DNA of 64,000 nucleotides from Eledone cirrhosa (taxonomy: Eukaryota). The stretch is taken from NCBI GenBank assembly GCA_964016885.1, contig OZ024742.1, positions 373,240,001 to 373,304,000 on the forward strand. Reading direction: 5' to 3'. Position numbers and translations under genes: made by a program. Every line of letters starts with the position of its first letter. Within the stretch, counting starts at the first letter, position 1. Below are positions 14,700 through 31,800 of the stretch, in pieces. The notes under the pieces were generated by a model. It did no database searches, was not told the DNA's origin, and was given only the letters and a program-made list of their open reading frames with translations.

Positions 14700-17204
14700 T
14701 GATAGTCCCACAAGTCACATACCTTTGGTAGTCCTACAAGCAACATATTAATCTGATAGTCCCACAAACCACATACCTCTGATAGTCCCACACGCAACAT
14801 ATTAGTCTGATAGTCCGACAAGCCACATACTTCTGATAGTCCCACAAGCCACATATTAGTCTGATAGTCCCACAAGCCACATACCTCTGATAGTCTCACA
14901 AGCCACATATTAGTCTGATAGTCCCACAAGTCACATACCTCTGATAGTCCCACAAGTCACATACCTCTTATAGTCCCACAAACCACATACTTCTGATAGT
15001 CCCACAAGCCACATATTAGTCTGATAGTCCCACAAGCCACATACCTCTGATAGTCCCACAAGCCACATACCTCTGATAGTCCCACAAGTCACATACCTCT
15101 GATAGTCCTACAAGCCACATATTAATTTGATAGTCCCACAAGCCACATACCTCTGATAGTCCCACAAGCCACATACCTCTGATAGTCCCACACGCAACAT
15201 ATTAGTCTGATAGTCCCACAAGCCACATACTTCTGATAGTCCCACAAGCCACATACCTCTGATAGTCTCACAAGCCACATATTAGTCTGATAGTCCCACA
15301 AGCCACATATTTCTGATAGTCCCACAAGTTATATACCTCTGATGGTCCCACAAGTCACATACCTCTTATAGTCCCACAAACCACATACTTCTGATAGTCC
15401 CATAAGCCACATATTAATCTGATAGTCCCACAAGCCACATACCTCTGATAGTCCCACAAGCCACATATTAGTCTGATAGTCCCACAAGTGACATACCTCT
15501 GATAGTCCCACAAACCACATATTAGTCTGATAGTTCCACAAGCCACATACCTCTGATAGTCCCACAAGCCACATACCTCTGATAGTCCCACAAGCCACAT
15601 ATTAGTCTGATAGTCCCACAAGCCACATACCTCTGATAGTCCCACAAGCCACATACCTCTGATAGTCCCACAAGCCACATACCTCTGATAGTCCCACAAG
15701 CCACATACCTCTGATAGTCCCACAAGCCACATATTAGTCTGATAGTCCCACAAGTGACATACCTCTGATAGTCCCACAAACCACATATTAGTCTGATAGT
15801 TCCACAAGCCACATACCTCTGATAGTCCCACAAGCCACATACCTCTGATAGTCCCACAAGCCACATATTAGTCTGATAGTCCCACAAGCCACATACCTCT
15901 GATAGTCCCACAAGCCACATACCTCTGATAGTCCCACAAGCCACATACCTCTGATAGTCCCACAAGCCACATACCTCAGATAGTCTCACAAGCCACATAT
16001 TAGTCTGATAGTTCCACAGGCCACATACCTCTGATAGTCCCACAAGCCACATATTAGTCTGATAGTGCCACAATCAGAAAGCTCTGATAGTCCCACAAGC
16101 CACATACCTCTGATAGTCCCACAAGCCACATACTGCTGATAGTCCCACAAGCCACATATTGGTCTGATAGTCCCACAAGCCACATACCTCTGATAGTCCA
16201 TCAAGCCACATACCTCTGATAGTCCCACAAGCCACATACCTCTGATAGTCCCACAAGCCACATATTAGTCTGATAGTCCCACAAGCCACATACCTCTGAT
16301 AGTCCCACAAGCCACATATTAGTGTGATAGTCCCACAAGCCACATACCTCTGATAGTCCGACAAGCCACATATTAGTCTGATAGTCCCACAAGCCACATA
16401 CCTCTGATAGTCCCACAAGCCACATACCTCTGATAGTCCCACATGTCACATACCTACGATAGTCCCACAAGCCACATATTAGTCTGATAGTCTTACAAGC
16501 CACATACCTCTGATAGTCCCACAAGTCACATATTAGTCTGATAGTCCCACAAGCCACATATTAGTCTGATAGTCCCACAAACCACATAGTTCTGATAGTC
16601 CCACAAGCCACATATAAGTATCATAGTCCCACAAGCCACATACTGCTGATAGTCCCACAAGCCACATATTGGTCTGATAGTCCCACAAGTCACATACCTC
16701 TGATACTCCCATAAGCCACATATTAATCTGATAGTCCCACAAGCCACATACATCTGATAGTCCCACAAGCCACATACCTCTGATAGTCCCACAAACCACA
16801 TATTAGTCTGATAGTTCCACAAGCCACATACCTCTGATAGTCCCACAAGCCAGATAATTGTCTGATAGTCCCACAGGTCACATATCTCTGATAGTCCCAC
16901 AAGCCACATACCTCTGATAGTCCCACAAGCCTCATACCTCTGATAGTCCCACAAGCCACATACCTCTGATAGTCTCACAAGCCACATACCTCTGATAGTC
17001 CCACTAGCCACATACCTCTGACAGTCCCACAAGCTACATACCTCTCATAGTCCCACAAGCCACATACCTCTCATAGTCCAACACACCACATATTAGTTTG
17101 ATAGTCCCACAAGCCACATACCTCTGATAGTCCCACAAACCACATACCTCTGATAGTCCCACAAGCCACATATTAGTCTGATAGTCCCACAGGTCACATA
17201 CTTC

Positions 17205-20200
17205 TGATAGTCCCACAAACCACATATCTCTGATAGTCCCACAAGCCACATATTAGTCTGATAGTCCATCAAGCCACATACCTCTGATAGTCCCACAAGC
17301 CACATACCTCTGATAGTCCCACAAGTCACATACCTCTGATAGTCCCACAAGTCACATACCTCTGATAGTCCCACAAGCCACATACCTCTGATAGTACCAC
17401 AAGCCACATACCTCTGATTGTCCCACAAGCCACATACCTCTGATAGTCCCACAAGGCACATACCTCTGATAATCCCACAAGCCACATATTAGTCTGATAG
17501 TCCCACAAGTCTCATACCTCTGATTGTCCCACAAGCCACATATTAGTCTGATAGTCCCACAAGTCACATACCTCTGATAGTCTTACAAGCCACATATTAG
17601 TATGATAGTCCCACAAGCCACATGCCTCTGATAGTCCCACAACCCACATATTAGTCTGATAGTCCCACAAGTCACATACCTCTGATAGTCCCACAAGCCA
17701 CATATTAGTCTGATAGTCCCACAAATCACATACCTTTGATAGTCCCACAAGCCACATATTAATCTGATAGTCCCACAAGCCACATACCTCTGATAGTCCC
17801 ACAAACCACATACCTCTGATAGTCCCACAAGCCACATACCTCTGATAGTCCCACAAGTCACATACCTTTGGTAGTCCTACAAGCAACATATTAATCTGAT
17901 AGTCCCACAAACCACATACCTCTGATAGTCCCACACGCAACATATTAGTCTGATAGTCCGACAAGCCACATACTTCTGATAGTCCCACAAGCCACATATT
18001 AGTCTGATAGTCCCACAAGCCACATACCTCTGATAGTCTCACAAGCCACATATTAGTCTGATAGTCCCACAAGTCACATACCTCTGATAGTCCTACAAGT
18101 CACATACCTCTTATAGTCCCACAAACCACATACTTCTGATAGTCCCACAAGCCACATATTAGTCTGATAGTCCCACAAGCCACATACCTCTGATAGTCCC
18201 ACAAGCCACATACCTCTGATAGTCCCACAAGTCACATACCTCTGATAGTCCTACAAGCCACATATTAATCTGATAGTCCCACAAGCCACATACCTCTGAT
18301 AGTCCCACAAGCCACATACCTCTGATAGTCCCACACGCAACATATTAGTCTGATAGTCCCACAAGCCACATACTTCTGATAGTCCCACAAGCCACATACC
18401 TCTGATAGTCTCACAAGCCACATATTAGTCTGATAGTCCCACAAGCCACATATTTCTGATAGTCCCACAAGTTATATACCTCTGATGGTCCCACAAGTCA
18501 CATACCTCTTATAGTCCCACAAACCACATACTTCTGATAGTCCCATAAGCCACATATTAATCTGATAGTCCCACAAGCGACATACCTCTGATAGTCCCAC
18601 AAGCCACATATTAGTCTGATAGTCCCACAAGTGACATACCTCTGATAGTCCCACAAACCACATATTAGTCTGATAGTTCCACAAGCCACATACCTCTGAT
18701 AGTCCCACAAGCCACATACCTCTGATAGTCCCACAAGCCACATATTAGTCTGATAGTCCCACAAGCCACATACCTCTGATAGTCCCACAAGCCACATACC
18801 TCTGATAGTCCCACAAGCCACATACCTCTGATAGTCCCACAAGCCACATACCTCTGATAGTCCCACAAGCCACATATTAGTCTGATAGTCCCACAAGTGA
18901 CATACCTCTGATAGTCCCACAAACCACATATTAGTCTGATAGTTCCACAAGCCACATACCTCTGATAGTCCCACAAGCCACATACCTCTGATAGTCCCAC
19001 AAGCCACATATTAGTCTGATAGTCCCACAAGCCACATACCTCTGATAGTCCCACAAACCACATATCTCTGATAGTCCCACAAGCCACATATTAGTCTGAT
19101 AGTCCATCAAGCCACATACCTCTGATAGTCCCACAAGCCACATACCTCTGATAGTCCCACAAGTCACATACCTCTGATAGTCCCACAAGTCACATACCTC
19201 TGATAGTCCCACAAGCCACATACCTCTGATAGTACCACAAGCCACATACCTCTGATTGTCCCACAAGCCACATACCTCTGATAGTCCCACAAGGCACATA
19301 CCTCTGATAATCCCACAAGCCACATATTAGTCTGATAGTCCCACAAGTCTCATACCTCTGATTGTCCCACAAGCCACATATTAGTCTGATAGTCCCACAA
19401 GTCACATACCTCTGATAGTCTTACAAGCCACATATTAGTATGATAGTCCCACAAGCCACATGCCTCTGATAGTCCCACAACCCACATATTAGTCTGATAG
19501 TCCCACAAGTCACATACCTCTGATAGTCCCACAAGCCACATATTAGTCTGATAGTCCCACAAATCACATACCTTTGATAGTCCCACAAGCCACATATTAA
19601 TCTGATAGTCCCACAAGCCACATACCTCTGATAGTCCCACAAACCACATACCTCTGATAGTCCCACAAGCCACATACCTCTGATAGTCCCACAAGTCACA
19701 TACCTTTGGTAGTCCTACAAGCAACATATTAATCTGATAGTCCCACAAACCACATACCTCTGATAGTCCCACACGCAACATATTAGTCTGATAGTCCGAC
19801 AAGCCACATACTTCTGATAGTCCCACAAGCCACATATTAGTCTGATAGTCCCACAAGCCACATACCTCTGATAGTCTCACAAGCCACATATTAGTCTGAT
19901 AGTCCCACAAGTCACATACCTCTGATAGTCCTACAAGTCACATACCTCTTATAGTCCCACAAACCACATACTTCTGATAGTCCCACAAGCCACATATTAG
20001 TCTGATAGTCCCACAAGCCACATACCTCTGATAGTCCCACAAGCCACATACCTCTGATAGTCCCACAAGTCACATACCTCTGATAGTCCTACAAGCCACA
20101 TATTAATCTGATAGTCCCACAAGCCACATACCTCTGATAGTCCCACAAGCCACATACCTCTGATAGTCCCACACGCAACATATTAGTCTGATAGTCCCAC

Positions 20201-20880
20201 AAGCCACATACTTCTGATAGTCCCACAAGCCACATACCTCTGATAGTCTCACAAGCCACATATTAGTCTGATAGTCCCACAAGCCACATATTTCTGATAG
20301 TCCCACAAGTTATATACCTCTGATGGTCCCACAAGTCACATACCTCTTATAGTCCCACAAACCACATACTTCTGATAGTCCCATAAGCCACATATTAATC
20401 TGATAGTCCCACAAGCGACATACCTCTGATAGTCCCACAAGCCACATATTAGTCTGATAGTCCCACAAGTGACATACCTCTGATAGTCCCACAAACCACA
20501 TATTAGTCTGATAGTTCCACAAGCCACATACCTCTGATAGTCCCACAAGCCACATACCTCTGATAGTCCCACAAGCCACATATTAGTCTGATAGTCCCAC
20601 AAGCCACATACCTCTGATAGTCCCACAAGCCACATACCTCTGATAGTCCCACAAGCCACATACCTCTGATAGTCCCACAAGCCACATACCTCTGATAGTC
20701 CCACAAGCCACATATTAGTCTGATAGTCCCACAAGTGACATACCTCTGATAGTCCCACAAACCACATATTAGTCTGATAGTTCCACAAGCCACATACCTC
20801 TGATAGTCCCACAAGCCACATACCTCTGATAGTCCCACAAGCCACATATTAGTCTGATAGTCCCACAAGCCACATACCTC
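17205..20880. repeat. Tandem duplication of an 1838-bp higher-order unit (17205-19042 and 19043-20880)
   Basis: ORF pairs 17326/19164, 17512/19350, 18265/20103 and 18498/20336 are all offset by 1838. Confidence 0.92.
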
Positions 20881-23800
20881 TGATAGTCCCACAAGCCACA
20901 TACCTCTGATAGTCCCACAAGCCACATACCTCTGATAGTCCCACAAGCCACATATTGTCTGATAGTTCCACAGGCCACATACCTCTGATAGTCCCACGAG
21001 CCACATATTAGTCTGATAGTGCCACAAGCCAGAAAGCTCTGATAGTCCCACAAGCCACATACCTCTGATAGTCCCACAAGCCACATACTGCTGATAGTCC
21101 CACAAGCCACATATTGGTCTGATAGTCCCTCAAGTCACATACCTCTGATAGTCCCACAAGCCACATACCTCTGATAGTCCATCAAGCCACATACCTCTGA
21201 TAGTCCCACAAGCCACATACCTCTGATAGTCCCACAAGCCACATATTAGTCTGATAGTCCCACAAGCCACATACCTCTGATAGTCCCACAAGCCACATAT
21301 TAGTGTGATAGTCCCACAAGCCACATACCTCTGATAGTCGCACAAGCCACATATTAGTCTGATAGTCCCACAAGCCACATACCTCTGATAGTCCCACAAG
21401 CCACATACCTCTGATAGTCCCACAAGCCACATACCTCTGATAGTCCCACAAGCCACATACCTCAGATAGTCTCACAAGCCACATATTAGTCTGATAGTTC
21501 CACAGGCCACATACCTCTGATAGTCCCACAAGCCACATATTAGTCTGATAGTGCCACAATCCAGAAAGCTCTGATAGTCCCACAAGCCACATACCTCTGA
21601 TAGTCCCACAAGCCACATACTGCTGATAGTCCCACAAGCCACATATTGGTCTGATAGTCCCACAAGCCACATACCTCTGATAGTCCATCAAGCCACATAC
21701 CTCTGATAGTCCCACAAGCCACATACCTCTGATAGTCCCACAAGCCACATATTAGTCTGATAGTCCCACAAGCCACATACCTCTGATAGTCCCACAAGCC
21801 ACATATTAGTGTGATAGTCCCACAAGCCACATACCTCTGATAGTCCGACAAGCCACATATTAGTCTGATAGTCCCACAAGCCACATACCTCTGATAGTCC
21901 CACAAGCCACATACCTCTGATAGTCCCACATGTCACATACCTACGATAGTCCCACAAGCCACATATTAGTCTGATAGTCTTACAAGCCACATACCTCTGA
22001 TAGTCCCACAAGTCACATATTAGTCTGATAGTCCCACAAGCCACATATTAGTCTGATAGTCCCACAAACCACATAGTTCTGATAGTCCCACAAGCCACAT
22101 ATAAGTATCATAGTCCCACAAGCCACATACTGCTGATAGTCCCACAAGCCACATATTGGTCTGATAGTCCCACAAGTCACATACCTCTGATACTCCCATA
22201 AGCCACATATTAATCTGATAGTCCCACAAGCCACATACATCTGATAGTCCCACAAGCCACATACCTCTGATAGTCCCACAAACCACATATTAGTCTGATA
22301 GTTCCACAAGCCACATACCTCTGATAGTCCCACAAGCCAGATAATTGTCTGATAGTCCCACAGGTCACATATCTCTGATAGTCCCACAAGCCACATACCT
22401 CTGATAGTCCCACAAGCCTCATACCTCTGATAGTCCCACAAGCCACATACCTCTGATAGTCTCACAAGCCACATACCTCTGATAGTCCCACTAGCCACAT
22501 ACCTCTGACAGTCCCACAAGCTACATACCTCTCATAGTCCCACAAGCCACATACCTCTCATAGTCCAACACACCACATATTAGTTTGATAGTCCCACAAG
22601 CCACATACCTCTGATAGTCCCACAAACCACATACCTCTGATAGTCCCACAAGCCACATATTAGTCTGATAGTCCCACAGGTCACATACTTCTGATAGTCC
22701 CACAAACCACATATCTCTGATAGTCCCACAAGCCACATATTAGTCTGATAGTCCATCAAGCCACATACCTCTGATAGTCCCACAAGCCACATACCTCTGA
22801 TAGTCCCACAAGTCACATACCTCTGATAGTCCCACAAGTCACATACCTCTGATAGTCCCACAAGCCACATACCTCTGATAGTACCACAAGCCACATACCT
22901 CTGATTGTCCCACAAGCCACATACCTCTAATAGTCCCACAAGGCACATACCTCTGATAGTCCCACAAGCCACATATTAGTCTGATAGTCCCACAAGTCTC
23001 ATACCTCTGATTGTCCCACAAGCCACATATTAGTCTGATAGTCCCACAAGTCACATACCTCTGATAGTCTTACAAGCCACATATTAGTATGATAGTCCCA
23101 CAAGCCACATGCCTCTGATAGTCCCACAAGTCACATACCTCTGATAGTCCCACAAGCCACATATTAGTCTGATAGTCCCACAAATCACATACCTTTGATA
23201 GTCCCACAAGCCACATATTAATCTGATAGTCCCACAAGCCACATACCTCTGATAGTCCCACAAACCACATACCTCTGATAGTCCCACAAGCCACATACCT
23301 CTGATAGTCCCACAAGTCACATACCTTTGGTAGTCCTACAAGCAACATATTAATCTGATAGTCCCACAAACCACATACCTCTGATAGTCCCACACGCAAC
23401 ATATTAGTCTGATAGTCCGACAAGCCACATACTTCTGATAGTCCCACAAGCCACATATTAGTCTGATAGTCCCACAAGCCACATACCTCTGATAGTCTCA
23501 CAAGCCACATATTAGTCTGATAGTCCCACAAGTCACATACCTCTGATAGTCCTACAAGTCACATACCTCTTATAGTCCCACAAACCACATACTTCTGATA
23601 GTCCCACAAGCCACATATTAGTCTGATAGTCCCACAAGCCACATACCTCTGATAGTCCCACAAGCCACATACCTCTGATAGTCCCACAAGTCACATACCT
23701 CTGATAGTCCTACAAGCCACATATTAATCTGATAGTCCCACAAGCCACATACCTCTGATAGTCCCACAAGCCACATACCTCTGATAGTCCCACACGCAAC

Positions 23801-24341
23801 ATATTAGTCTGATAGTCCCACAAGCCACATACTTCTGATAGTCCCACAAGCCACATACCTCTGATAGTCTCACAAGCCACATATTAGTCTGATAGTCCCA
23901 CAAGCCACATATTTCTGATAGTCCCACAAGTTATATACCTCTGATGGTCCCACAAGTCACATACCTCCTATAGTCCCACAAACCACATACTTCTGATAGT
24001 CCCATAAGCCACATATTAATCTGATAGTCCCACAAGCGACATACCTCTGATAGTCCCACAAGCCACATATTAGTCTGATAGTCCCACAAGTGACATACCT
24101 CTGATAGTCCCACAAACCACATATTAGTCTGATAGTTCCACAAGCCACATACCTCTGATAGTCCCACAAGCCACATACCTCTGATAGTCCCACAAGCCAC
24201 ATATTAGTCTGATAGTCCCACAAGCCACATACCTCTGATAGTCCCACAAGCCACATACCTCTGATAGTCCCACAAGCCACATACCTCTGATAGTCCCACA
24301 AGCCACATACCTCTGATAGTCCCACAAGCCACATATTAGTC

Positions 24342-25830
24342 TGATAGTCCCACAAGTGACATACCTCTGATAGTCCCACAAACCACATATTAGTCTGATA
24401 GTTCCACAAGCCACATACCTCTGATAGTCCCACAAGCCACATACCTCTGATAGTCCCACAAGCCACATATTAGTCTGATAGTCCCACAAGCCACATACCT
24501 CTGATAGTCCCACAAGCCACATACCTCTGATAGTCCCACAAGCCACATACCTCTGATAGTCCCACAAGCCACATACCTCTGATAGTCCCACAAGCCACAT
24601 ATTGTCTGATAGTTCCACAGGCCACATACCTCTGATAGTCCCACGAGCCACATATTAGTCTGATAGTGCCACAAGCCAGAAAGCTCTAATAGTCCCACAA
24701 GCCACATACCTCTGATAGTCCCACAAGCCACATACTGCTGATAGTCCCACAAGCCACATATTGGTCTGATAGTCCCTCAAGTCACATACCTCTGATAGTC
24801 CCACAAGCCACATACCTCTGATAGTCCATCAAGCCACATACCTCTGATAGTCCCACAAGCCACATACCTCTGATAGTCCCACAAGCCACATATTAGTCTG
24901 ATAGTCCCACAAGCCACATACCTCTGATAGTCCCACAAGCCACATATTAGTGTGATAGTCCCACAAGCCACATACCTCTGATAGTCCCACAAGCCACATA
25001 TTAGTCTGATAGTCCCACAAGCCACATACCTCTGATAGTCCCACAAGCCACATACCTCTGATAGTCCCACAAGCCACATACCTCTGATAGTCCCACAAGC
25101 CACATATTAGTCTGATAGTCCCACAAGTGACATACCTTTGATAGTCCCACAAACCACATATTAGTCTGATAGTTCCACAAGCCACATACCTCTGATAGTC
25201 CCACAAGCCACATACCTCTGATAGTCCCACAAGCCACATATTAGTCTGATAGTCCCACAAGCCACATACCTCTGATAGTCCCACAAGCCACATACCTCTG
25301 ATAGTCCCACAAGCCACATACCTCTGATAGTCCCACAAGCCACATACCTCTGATAGTCCCACAAGCCACATATTGTCTGATAGTTCCACAGGCCACATAC
25401 CTCTGATAGTCCCACGAGCCACATATTAGTCTGATAGTGCCACAAGCCAGAAAGCTCTGATAGTCCCACAAGCCACATACCTCTGATAGTCCCACAAGCC
25501 ACATACTGCTGATAGTCCCACAAGCCACATATTGGTCTGATAGTCCCTCAAGTCACATACCTCTGATAGTCCCACAAGCCACATACCTCTGATAGTCCAT
25601 CAAGCCACATACCTCTGATAGTCCCACAAGCCACATACCTCTGATAGTCCCACAAGCCACATATTAGTCTGATAGTCCCACAAGCCACATACCTCTGATA
25701 GTCCCACAAGCCACATATTAGTGTGATAGTCCCACAAGCCACATACCTCTGATAGTCCCACAAGCCACATATTAGTCTGATAGTCCCACAAGCCACATAC
25801 CTCTGATAGTCCCACAGGCCACATACCTCT
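24342..25830. repeat. Tandem duplication with a 771-bp period
   Basis: ORF pairs 24390/25161 and 24777/25548. A rare 27-bp monomer lies at 24580-24606 and 25351-25377, which explains the odd period. The end coordinate is approximate. Confidence 0.88.
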
Positions 25831-28800
25831 GATAGTTCCACATGTCACATACCTACGATAGTCCCACAAGCCACATATTAGTCTGATAGTCTTACAAGCC
25901 ACATACCTCTGATAGTCCCACAAGTCACATGCCTCTGATAGTCCCACAAGCCACATATTAGTCTGATAGTCCCACAAGCCACATATTAGTCTGATAGTCC
26001 CACAAACCACATAGTTCTGATAGTCCCACAAGCCACATATAAGTATCATAGTCCCACAAGCCACATACTGCTGATAGTCCCACAAGCCACATATTGGTCT
26101 GATAGTCCCACAAGTCACATACCTCTGATAGTCCCATAAGCCACATATTAATCTGATAGTCCCACAAGCCACATACATATGATAGTCCCACAAGCCACAT
26201 ACCTCTGATAGTCCCACAAACCACATATTAGTCTGATAGTTCCACAAGCCACATACCTCTGATAGTCCCACAAGCCAGATAATTGTCTGATAGTCCCACA
26301 GGTCACATATCTCTGATAGTCCATCAAGCCACATACCTCTGATAGTCCCACAAGCCACATACCTCTGATAGTCCCACAAGTCACATACCTCTGATAGTCC
26401 CACAAGTCACATACCTCTGATAGTCCCACAAGCCACATACCTCTGATAGTACCACAAGCCACATACCTCTGATTGTGCCACAAGCCACATACCTCTGATA
26501 GTCCCACAAGGCACATACCTCTGATAGTCCCACAAGCCACATATTAGTCTGATAGTCCCACAAGCCACATACCTCTGATAGTCCCACAAGCCACATATTA
26601 GTCTGATAGTCCCACAAGTCACATACCTCTGATTGTCCCACAAGCCACATATTAGTCTGATAGTCCCACAAGTCACATACCTCTGATAGTCTTACAAGCC
26701 ACATATTAGTATGATAGTCCCACAAGCCACATGCCTCTGATAGACCCACAAGCCACATATTAGTCTGATAGTCCCACAAATCACCTACCTTTGATAGTCC
26801 CACAAGCCACATATTAACCTGATAGTCCCACAAGCCACATGCCTCTGATAGTCCCACAATCCACATATTAGTCTGATAGTCCCACAAGCCACATACCTCT
26901 GATAGTCCCACAAGCCACATACCTCTGATAGTCCCACAAGCCACATACCTCTGATAGTCCCACAAGCCACATACCTCTGATAGTCCCACAAGTCACATAC
27001 CTTTGGTAGTCCTACAAGCAACATATTAATCTGATAGTCCCACAAACCACATACCTCTGATAGTCCCACACGCAACATATTAGCCTGATAGTCCCACAAG
27101 CCACATACTTCTGATAGTCCCACAAGCCACATATTAGTCTGATAGTCCCACAAGCCACATACCTCTGATAGTCTCACAAGCCACATATTAGTCTGATAGT
27201 CCCACAAGCCACATACCTCTGATAGTCCCACAAGCCACATACCTCTAATAGTCCCACAAGCCACATATTAGTCTGATAGTCCCACAAGTCACATACCTCT
27301 GATAGTCCCACAAACCACATATTAGTCTGATAGTCCCACAGCTCACATATCTCTGATAGTCCCACAAGCGACATACCTCTGATAGTCCCACAAGCCACAT
27401 ACCTCTGATAGTCCCACAAGCCACATACCTCTGATAGTCTCACAAGCCACATACCTCTCATAGTCCCACAAGCCACATACCTCTCATAGTCCAACACGCC
27501 ACATATTAGTTTGATAGTCCCACAAGCCACATACCTCTGATAGTCCCACAAACCACATACCTCTGATAGTCCCACAAGCCGCATATTAGTCTGATAGTCC
27601 CACAGGTCACATACCTCTGATAGTCCCACAAACCACATACCTCTGATAGTCCCACAAGCCACATATTAGTCTGATAGTCCCATAAGCCACATAACTCTGA
27701 TAGTCCATCAAGCCACATACCTCTGATAGTCCCACAGGCCACATACCTCTGATAGTCCCACAAGCCACATACCTCTGATAGTCCCACAAGCCACATATTA
27801 GTCTGATAGTCCCACAAGCCACATACCTCTGATAGTCCCACAAGCCACATACCTCTGATAGTTCCACAAGCCACATATTAGTCTGATAGTCCCACAAGTC
27901 ACATACCTCTGATAGTCCCACAGGCCACATATTAGTCTGATAGTCCCACAAGCCACATACCTCTGATAGTCCCACAAGCCACATACCTCTGATAGTCCCA
28001 CAAACCACATACCTCTGATAGTCCACAAGCTACATACCTCTGATAGTCCCACAAGCCACATACCTCTGATAGTCCCACAAGTCACATACCTCCGATATTC
28101 CCACAAGCCACATATTAGTCTGATAGTCTTACAAGCCACATACCTCTGATAGTCCCACAAGCCACATACCTCTAATAGTCCCACAAGTCACATACCTCTG
28201 ATAGTCCCACAAGTCACATACCTATGATAGTTCCACAAGCCACATATTAGTCTGATAGTCCCACAAGCCACATATTAGTCTAATAGTCCCACAAACCACA
28301 TAGTTCTGATAGTCCCACAAGCCACATACTTCTGATAGTCCCACAAGCCACATACTGCTGATAGTCCCACAAGCCACATATTGGTTTGATAGTCCCACAA
28401 GTCACATACCTCTGATAGTCCCATAAGCCACATATTAGTCTGATAGTCCCACAAGCCACATACATCTGATAGTCCCACAAGCCACATACCTCTGATAGTC
28501 CCACAAGCCACATACCTCTGATAGTCCCACAAGCCACATACCTCTGATAGTCCCACAAGCCACATATTAGTCTGATAGTCCCACAGGTCACATACCTCTG
28601 ATAGTCCCACAAGCCACATACCTCTGATAGTCCCACAAGCCACATATTAGTGTGATAGTCCCACAAGCCACATACCTCTGATAGTCCCACAAGCCACATA
28701 CCTCTGATAGTCCCACAAGCCACATATTCGTCTGATAGTCCCACAAGCCACATACCTCTGATAGTCCCACAAGCCACATACCTCTGATAGTCCCACAAGT

Positions 28801-31800
28801 CACATACCTCCGATAGTCCCACAAGCCACATATTAGTCTGATAGTTTTACAAGCCACATACCTCTGATAGTCCCACAAGCCACATACCTCTAATAGTCCC
28901 GCAAGTCACATACCTCTGATAGTCCCACAAGTCACATACCTCTGATAGTCCCACAAGCCACATATTAGTCTGATAGTCCTACAAGCCACATATTAGTCTA
29001 ATAGTCCCACAAACCACATAGTTCTGATAGTCCCACAAGCCACATACTTCTGATAGTCCCACAAGCCACATACTGCTGATAGTCCCACAAGCCACATATT
29101 GGTCTGATAGTTCCACAAGTCACATACCTCTGATAGTCCCATAAGCCACATATTAGTCTGATAGTCCCACAAGCCACATACATCTGATAGTCCCACAAGC
29201 CACATACCTCTGATAGTCCCACAAGCCACATACCTCTGATAGTCCCACAAGCCACATACCTCTGATAGTCCCACAAGCCACATATTAGTCTGATAGTCCC
29301 ACAGGTCACATACATCTGATAGTCCCACAAGCCACATACCTCTGATAGTCCCACAAGCCACATATTAGTGTGATAGTCCCACAAGCCACATACCTCTGAT
29401 AGTCCCACAGGCCACATACTGCTGATAGTCCCACAAGACACATATTAGTCTGATAGTCCCACAGGTCACATACCTCTGATAGTCCCACAAGCCACATACC
29501 TCTGATAGTCCCACAAGCCACATACCTCTGATAGTCCCACAAGTCACATACCTCTGATAGTCCCACAAGTCACATAACTCTGAGAGTCCAACAAGCCACA
29601 TACCTCTGATAGTTCCACAAGCCACATATTAGTCTGATAGTCCCACAGGTCACATTCCTCTGATAGTCCCACAAGCCACATACCTCTGATAGTCCCACAA
29701 GCCACATATTAGTCTGATAGTCCCACAGGTCACATACCTCTGATAGTCCCACAAGCCACATACCTCTGATAGTCCCACAAGCCACATATTAGTCTGATAG
29801 TCCCACAAGTCACATACCTCTGATAGTCCCACAAGCTACATATTAGTCTGATAGTCCCACAAGTCACATACCTCTGATAGTCCCACAAGCCACATAACTC
29901 TGATAGTCCATCAAGCCACATACCTCTGATAGTCCCACAAGCCACATACCTCTGATAGTCCCACAAGCCACATACCTCTGATAGTCCCACAAGCCACATA
30001 TTAGTCTGATAGTCCCACAAGCCACATACCTCTGATAGTCCCACAAGCCACATACCTCTGATAGTTCCACAAGCCACATATTAGTCTGATAGTCCCACAA
30101 GTCACATACCTCTGATAGTCCCACAGGCCACATATTAGTCTGATAGTCCCACAAGCCACATACCTCTGATAGTCCCACAAGTCACATGCCTCTAATAGTC
30201 CCACAATTCACATACCTCTGATAGTCCCACAGGCCACATATTAGTCTGATAGTCCCACAAGCCACATACCTCTGATAGTCCCACAAGCCACATACCTCTG
30301 ATAGTCCCACAAACCACATACCTCTGATAGTCCCACAAGCCACATATTAGTCTGATAGTTCCACAGGCCACATACCTCTGATAGTCCCACAAGCCACATA
30401 TTAGTCTGATAGTGCCACAAGCCAGAAAGCTCTGATAGTCCCACAAGCCACATACCTCTGATAGTCCCACAAGCCACATACTGCTGATAGTCCCACAAGC
30501 CACATATTGGTCTGATAGTCCCTCAAGTCACATACCTCTGATAGTCCCACAAGCCACATACCTCTGATAGTCCATCAAGCCACATACCTCTGATAGTCCC
30601 ACAAGCCACATACCTCTGATAGTCCCACAAGCCACATATTAGTCTGATAGTCCCACAAGCCACATACCTCTGATAGTCCCACAAGCCACATATTAGTGTG
30701 ATAGTCCCACAAGCCACATACCTCTGATAGTCCCACAAGCCACATATTAGTCTGATAGTCCCACAAGCCACATACCTCTGATAGTCCCACAAGCCACATA
30801 CCTCTGATAGTCCCACATGTCACATACCTACGATAGTCCCACAAGCCACATATTAGTCTGATAGTCTTACAAGCCACATACCTCTGATAGTCCCAGAAGT
30901 CACATGCCTCTGATAGTCCCACAAGCCACATATTAGTCTGATAGTCCCACAAGCCACATATTAGTCTGATAGTCCCACAAACCACATAGTTCTGATAGTC
31001 CCACAAGCCACATATAAGTATCATAGTCCCACAAGCCACATACTGCTGATAGTCCCACAAGCCACATATTGGTCTGATAGTCCCACAAGTCACATACCTC
31101 TGATAGTCCCATAAGCCACATATTAATCTGATAGTCCCACAAGCCACATACATATGATAGTCCCACAAGCCACATACCTCTGATAGTCCCACAAACCACA
31201 TATTAGTCTGATAGTTCCACAAGCCGCATACCTCTGATAGTCCCACAAGCCAGATAATTGTCTGATAGTCCCACAGGTCACATATCTCTGATAGTCCCAC
31301 AAGCCACATACCTCTGATAGTCCCACAAGCCTCATACCTCTGATAGTCCCACAAGCCACATACCTCTGATAGTCTCACAAGCCACATACCTCTGATAGTC
31401 CCACTAGCCACATACCTCTGACAGTCCCACAAGCTACATACCTCTCATAGTCCCACAAGCCACATACCTCTCATAGTCCAACACGCCACATATTAGTTTG
31501 ATAGTCCCACAAGCCACATACCTCTGATAGTCCCACAAACCACATACCTCTGATAGTCCCACAAGCCACATATTAGTCTCATAGTCCCACAGGTCACATA
31601 CTTCTGATAGTCCCACAAACCACATATCTCTGATAGTCCCACAAGTCACATACCTCTGATAGTCCCACAAGTCACATACCTCTGATAGTCCCACAAGCCA
31701 CATACCTTTGATAGTACCACAAGCCACATACCTCTGATTGTGCCACAAGCCACATACCTCTGATAGTCCCACAAGGCACATACCTCTGATAGTCCCACAA